Of a DNA stretch of 64,000 nucleotides, positions 59,565-64,000 are shown piece by piece; the first letter of the stretch is position 1; each line of letters opens with the position of its first letter. The translations under genes and the position numbers were made by a program. Location: assembly GCA_963693365.1 (NCBI GenBank), contig CAVNZM010000005.1, positions 12,934,377 to 12,998,376 of the forward strand, written 5' to 3'. The notes under the pieces are model-generated. The model had not been told where the DNA came from. It did not search any database and was given only the letters and a program-made list of their open reading frames with translations. The stretch is from Amoebidium appalachense. Its lineage: Eukaryota > Protista > Ichthyosporea.

Positions 59565-60221
59565 CTCCCCCCCTTGTCGGGAGCCTGGTGGTGTCGTTAG
59601 ACAAGCAAACCACCAGGCTGAGAGGCGATAAACAACCATCAGCGAGATTTTGTGTGCACCGAGCTGCTGGACAGAACAGAGCAAGAACGGTGGAATAGAG
59701 TTGTGCACGTCTATGAGCACTTCTTCATTTGCCAAAACACATATTCATGCAGCATTCTTCTGTGTTTTCATTTTCGTGGCGAAGAGTGTTGCAGAGTGTG
59801 TGTGCGAATCTATCGCTTCGTCACTGTGCTTGGCTTTTTCTGTAGAAGTAGTATTTTCCTTTTTGGGAATTTTTCCTTTTTAGGATACTCCCGCAGATTT
59901 GTTTTCAATTACGAGTACTTTGGTTGTGTGGATGAATGGTCATACCAAACATTCGATAATGAATACAAGTAGGTCTGTGCGCCGACTGTCGCCGGCGCCA
60001 AAACATAACGAGACAGTTATTGATGTTGGGTTGTGTGGTTGTTACCTCCCCCCCCCCCCTCCCGGGCCCCCCGCCCCCCCCCCCCCCCCCCCTAACCACC
60101 CCCGCCTCACGCTCCCCCCCCCCCCCCCTGGCCCCCCCGTCTCACGCTCCCCCCCCCCCCCCCCCCCCCCAATCCTGCAGTTGCCGGATCTGCCAAATGT
60201 TATGACCCTTTTCCCTTTCAT

Positions 60222-60262
<41 letters not shown>

Positions 60263-60671
60263 ACCCCCCCCCAATTCCTTTCCCAACCCATTCCCACCCC
60301 GGGCCCTCCATACTATTCCTCATAATCCCCTTGCCTTCCCTTTTCTCCCCCCCCCCCCCCCCTCCCCCCCCCCCTCCCCCCCTCACAATTTACCAATGAC
60401 CACCGCCCAGCTTAAATCACCCTAGCTCTAGTGTAAAAAAATAATCATTATCAGCCACAAACCCAAGTTCTAGTACACTCGCCCTAAATGTCATATTCAC
60501 ATTCCTGAGTTGATTTAGTTGTGTTTTTCAACAACTGTCTGCCTATAGCTATTTCTATGAAAAACTACTCCGGGACGTGTGTTGCCTCTAGGGGGACATC
60601 CCCTTGGACGAAAGTGAACCTGCAATGGTTGTAAACCAGGGCACGAGAGCAGTATGCTTGCTCCAAAGGTT

Positions 60672-61234
60672 TCACTTAAGAATAGAGGCGAATACACGTG
60701 TGGTAGTGGCAGCAATGGAGGCCGGGCGAAGTCGAGTATAGATCAGGAAACAGTCGGAGGACGATCTGCCGAGTTGTTTGACCCGGGAGTCGTCGACCCC
60801 GGCCTCAGCCAGGGCTGTGGCCCCCCCTATTCGGAGGCTGTGGCCGGCAAACCGGGAGGGTGAGAGGCCTGCCCGGGAGAGGAGGGCACGGAAGTCGGCA
60901 GAGCAAGCACCCTTGGTGTAGGGAATGCCACCAAGACTGAACAGGGGGTCGTCGGGTTGACCGGACGTTGTATCCAGGAACTGCCGGAGGAGATGGGCTG
61001 GGGAGAAGTGGGTGAGGGGCAGGGCAGCTAGAGTGACGTTGACACCTCGGGCCTGTACATCCGTCTTGGAGGTTGGCAGGTGGAGGGTGGCATGGGACAA
61101 AGTACCGGTGGGGGTGTAGCTGAAGGTCACGTCCTTCCGTTTAACGTGACGGGACGGGTTGAAGGAGGTCAGGCGGGGTCTTGGAGTAAATTCCCCCGAA
61201 CGGAGGAGACCACAAAAACCGACGATGAGGACTG
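60672..61234 (-). mobile_element. DIRS/Ngaro-type tyrosine recombinase, 5'-truncated by LTR insertion
   Basis: FCGLLRSGEF (R), SKTD (K), GHSLRIGGAT (HxxR), LGRSSSDCFLIY (the W position is mutated; catalytic Y present). The ORF runs into the LTR edge at 61235. Confidence 0.85.
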
Positions 61235-64000
61235 TGTAAACAACTGTACACATGAACTGTACATGTTTACTAAAGAATGTGATCTACTAGCACACGATTC
61301 GTGCTTTGTCATGAATATCACATAAATATTATGTCCGCACCAATAGGACTCACTCTGACCTAAGAATTGAACCATATATGGTTCTTCCGCTGCATACCAC
61401 ATAAACGAAGTGAACCAATAAGAGGTTTGCATAAATAGGACGAAGGTCTGACTGGCTCGGACCGCACCAGAATCACGAATGGCATGTTGCCACCCGCGCT
61501 GGCCGCGGATGAACCAATCCTGGGCCTTGATCCGAAACCTGGGGGCTATATAACAAAGCCGTCCCAGTACGGGGATCACATCAGTGAAGTCTGAGACAGA
61601 CTGAGTCGGCCCATAGTAAAAGCAACCTGGCCGCGTGTGCCTTTCTACCCGTTCTCTGTCTTTATTTTGATTCAGTTGTACTCTGCCTTATCCTAACTAG
61701 TCCAACTGTTTACATTGGCGACCGCGGCAGGACACTGTTATACATTGCCAACTGTTTACATTGGCGACCGCGCAGTTCAAGAATCTCGCATCCTTCGAAT
61801 CTCACATCTTTCAATCAGTTCAAGAATCTCACATCATTCAATTACCCCAAGAATCTGCCATGGCCGATCACAATCCTTTTTACCACGATGATAGGCACAT
61901 CTTTCTTTGTCAGGCTTAGAATACATACACATCGACAAGTTTGAAGTGGCCAGCCCACCTCTAAGAACACGGAAAGAATTGAAAGCATGAAAACCACCTT
62001 ATACTACGACACATAAAAAACGCGAAGAAAAACGAATACACGAACAAACGATTAAAGAATTACTAACGAAGCAATGAACCAACGAAAAACGAACCATCAC
62101 GAATACACAACGAAATAACGAATTAACGACAAACGAATGCCTAGAGGAAATACGAAATAAACGCAACACGAAAATAAAACGAAGCCTTAACGAAGTTATG
62201 AAACGACGAAAAACGAAAAACGAAAGCAAAATGAATTGGAAATACGAAAATGAAAGAACGAATGCACAACACTGCTTGGGTTGCAATGCACACAGCCCCC
62301 TCTATGTTAGGAAGAAAATAAAACCGTTGCCCTTGCGTGCATTGCCCTATTGCACACTGCCATCGTGTCCATGCCACCGCATGCACGTCCACACTCGCAA
62401 GCCAGATGCACGGCCACTTTCAGCACAAATGCACTTAACAAAGAAGATAGTCGCTGTTGCTATAGCATGTAGGACCTAAGATCTTATGAAAGTAGTGTTG
62501 CATGCATGCTTCGAATCCCTTGCTGTTCTCGAATACAGCATGCCCCATAGTTTAGCGCACAGGATGCACAACATGCGCATGAATGTATGCTGGCATGCCT
62601 AAACACATTACGAACATATGCCTGACTCATGTATGGCGGCCCTTCCTGGTGCCACGCCCTAACGAATTTGCACTCTTGGTGCACAAAAGGCATGTAATAA
62701 AGTCGATGCAGAACTTTTGTTCATGCATGTGAAAAACAAAGAAGGTGTTGGGTACGAATTTTAAGGTGAATGCCCGTCTGTGGCAATACGGTGTAACATA
62801 CCAATTACACTGTCAAGCCTTGCACTAGCTGCCGGCACACCCCCACCAGAACAAAAGAATGTGGTATGGGCACCGCTCCCTCACAACCCCATCATACAGT
62901 GTCAGTATTTTGGCTGGAAGCCTTTCAGTTTCGAATTACGAATACCCTCCTTCACTACTGAAGAAAGTGACGTGGAAGACAAATACGAATACGAATGCAA
63001 GGTGTTGTTGACTAACACATCGGACCATCATGTGTACCTACTAGGCCCTGGTACGGAGGTGACCATGTTATTCCCTTGCAATATGATGACACTGTAACAA
63101 TTTAGCACGTGCATACCCCACCAATGGGCACATGCGGGAGACAACCCCACAAGCTGCCTTATTGGGCACCTCTGCTAAAACGAATATTCTTCTCACGAAG
63201 GAACAGAAGAATGCCACGAACACGAACCACACACTCCCCAGGCAGCTACTTACGTCTGATGTATGAAAGTAGTAGGTGTGTGAATTGGGTAACTCCATGA
63301 ACACCAACACGAAAGAAAGCACAGCACAAAGCAGTTCCACGAACACGAATGGTTTTGGTTTTCCACACAACGAACAGAACCAACAGTAGGGCCACCTACA
63401 AATGAAGCAGAGGATGGGGCACCATCCAGACCTGCACTGGAGGATATGAAAACACGAAGCGCGCTCACGAAGTTGCTTACAAAAGAAAGGGCGACTGCGA
63501 CGACTTTTCTTTTTAGGCCAAGCCTCCAGAAGAATGTATTATGCCTGGAATCCCCCTGCTCAACGAAAATGGCTGGCAAATGGGATACGAAAACTGCTCA
63601 CGAATGGAAGCATGTGTTTTCTGAAGGAGGCTTGCTTTGCCTACCCTCTTCTTATGAATTATGAACCGGGCTTTTACTGGTTCTGACGGGTGATATATTT
63701 CTTTATGTCGCCCAACGAAGAACACTTGGGCATTTTTATTCTGTTTTTCCCAGCTCCGATGATGCAGGGTTAAAGCTGAAAGGAAAGAAGTGCTCTTTGT
63801 TCATGAAAGAAGTGGCTTTTCCGGCCATGGTGACTCGCCTTACAGTCTTAAGGTAGAACCGGGATAAGGAGCAGCGGCTAAGCCTTGAAGCTATCCACCA
63901 CTACCTGAGCTACGAAGTGACCTAAGGTTCGAGTTATATTCATTATCGAATGTTTGGTATGATCATTCATCCACACAACCAAATTACTCGCAATTGAAAA
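61235..64000 (+). mobile_element. Ty3/gypsy LTR retrotransposon: 5' LTR 61235-61714, PBS 61716-61732, degraded internal region running off the window
   Basis: TGTAAAC...TTTACA LTR and PBS TGGCGACCGCGGCAGGA, complementary to a tRNA 3' end (Arg- or Ser-like). RT remnant EEHL...AGLKLKGKKCSLFMKEVAF.GH at about 63710-63830. Confidence 0.88.

Overview
Eukaryotic nuclear DNA from an intron-rich genome, probably a protist; a unicellular holozoan is a guess only. It is saturated with (CA)n/(GT)n microsatellites and poly-G/poly-C tracts, so most ORFs in the supplied track are repeat artefacts. By reading splice sites I reconstructed seven protein genes: RPL35A (eL33), Churchill, an intronless acetylpolyamine-amidohydrolase-like HDAC-fold enzyme, an unknown 2-TM protein, a type II membrane ricin-B lectin, NAC-alpha, and an intronless secreted Cys-rich protein. 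Mobile DNA comprises a decayed Penelope-like RT, a DIRS/Ngaro-type tyrosine recombinase cut by a Ty3/gypsy LTR element, an oppositely oriented LTR of the same family, a TA-flanked MITE, heavily eroded gypsy pol relics and several minisatellites. The most unusual object is a young ~2.8 kb array (34374-37148) of a ~740-bp non-coding unit, arranged head-to-tail and ending in an inverted partial copy. Its minus strand reads as a TATA-driven, oligo-U-terminated, highly structured ~590-nt RNA with an H-type pseudoknot, and it appears to have inserted into an old gypsy integrase. I cannot match it to any known RNA family.
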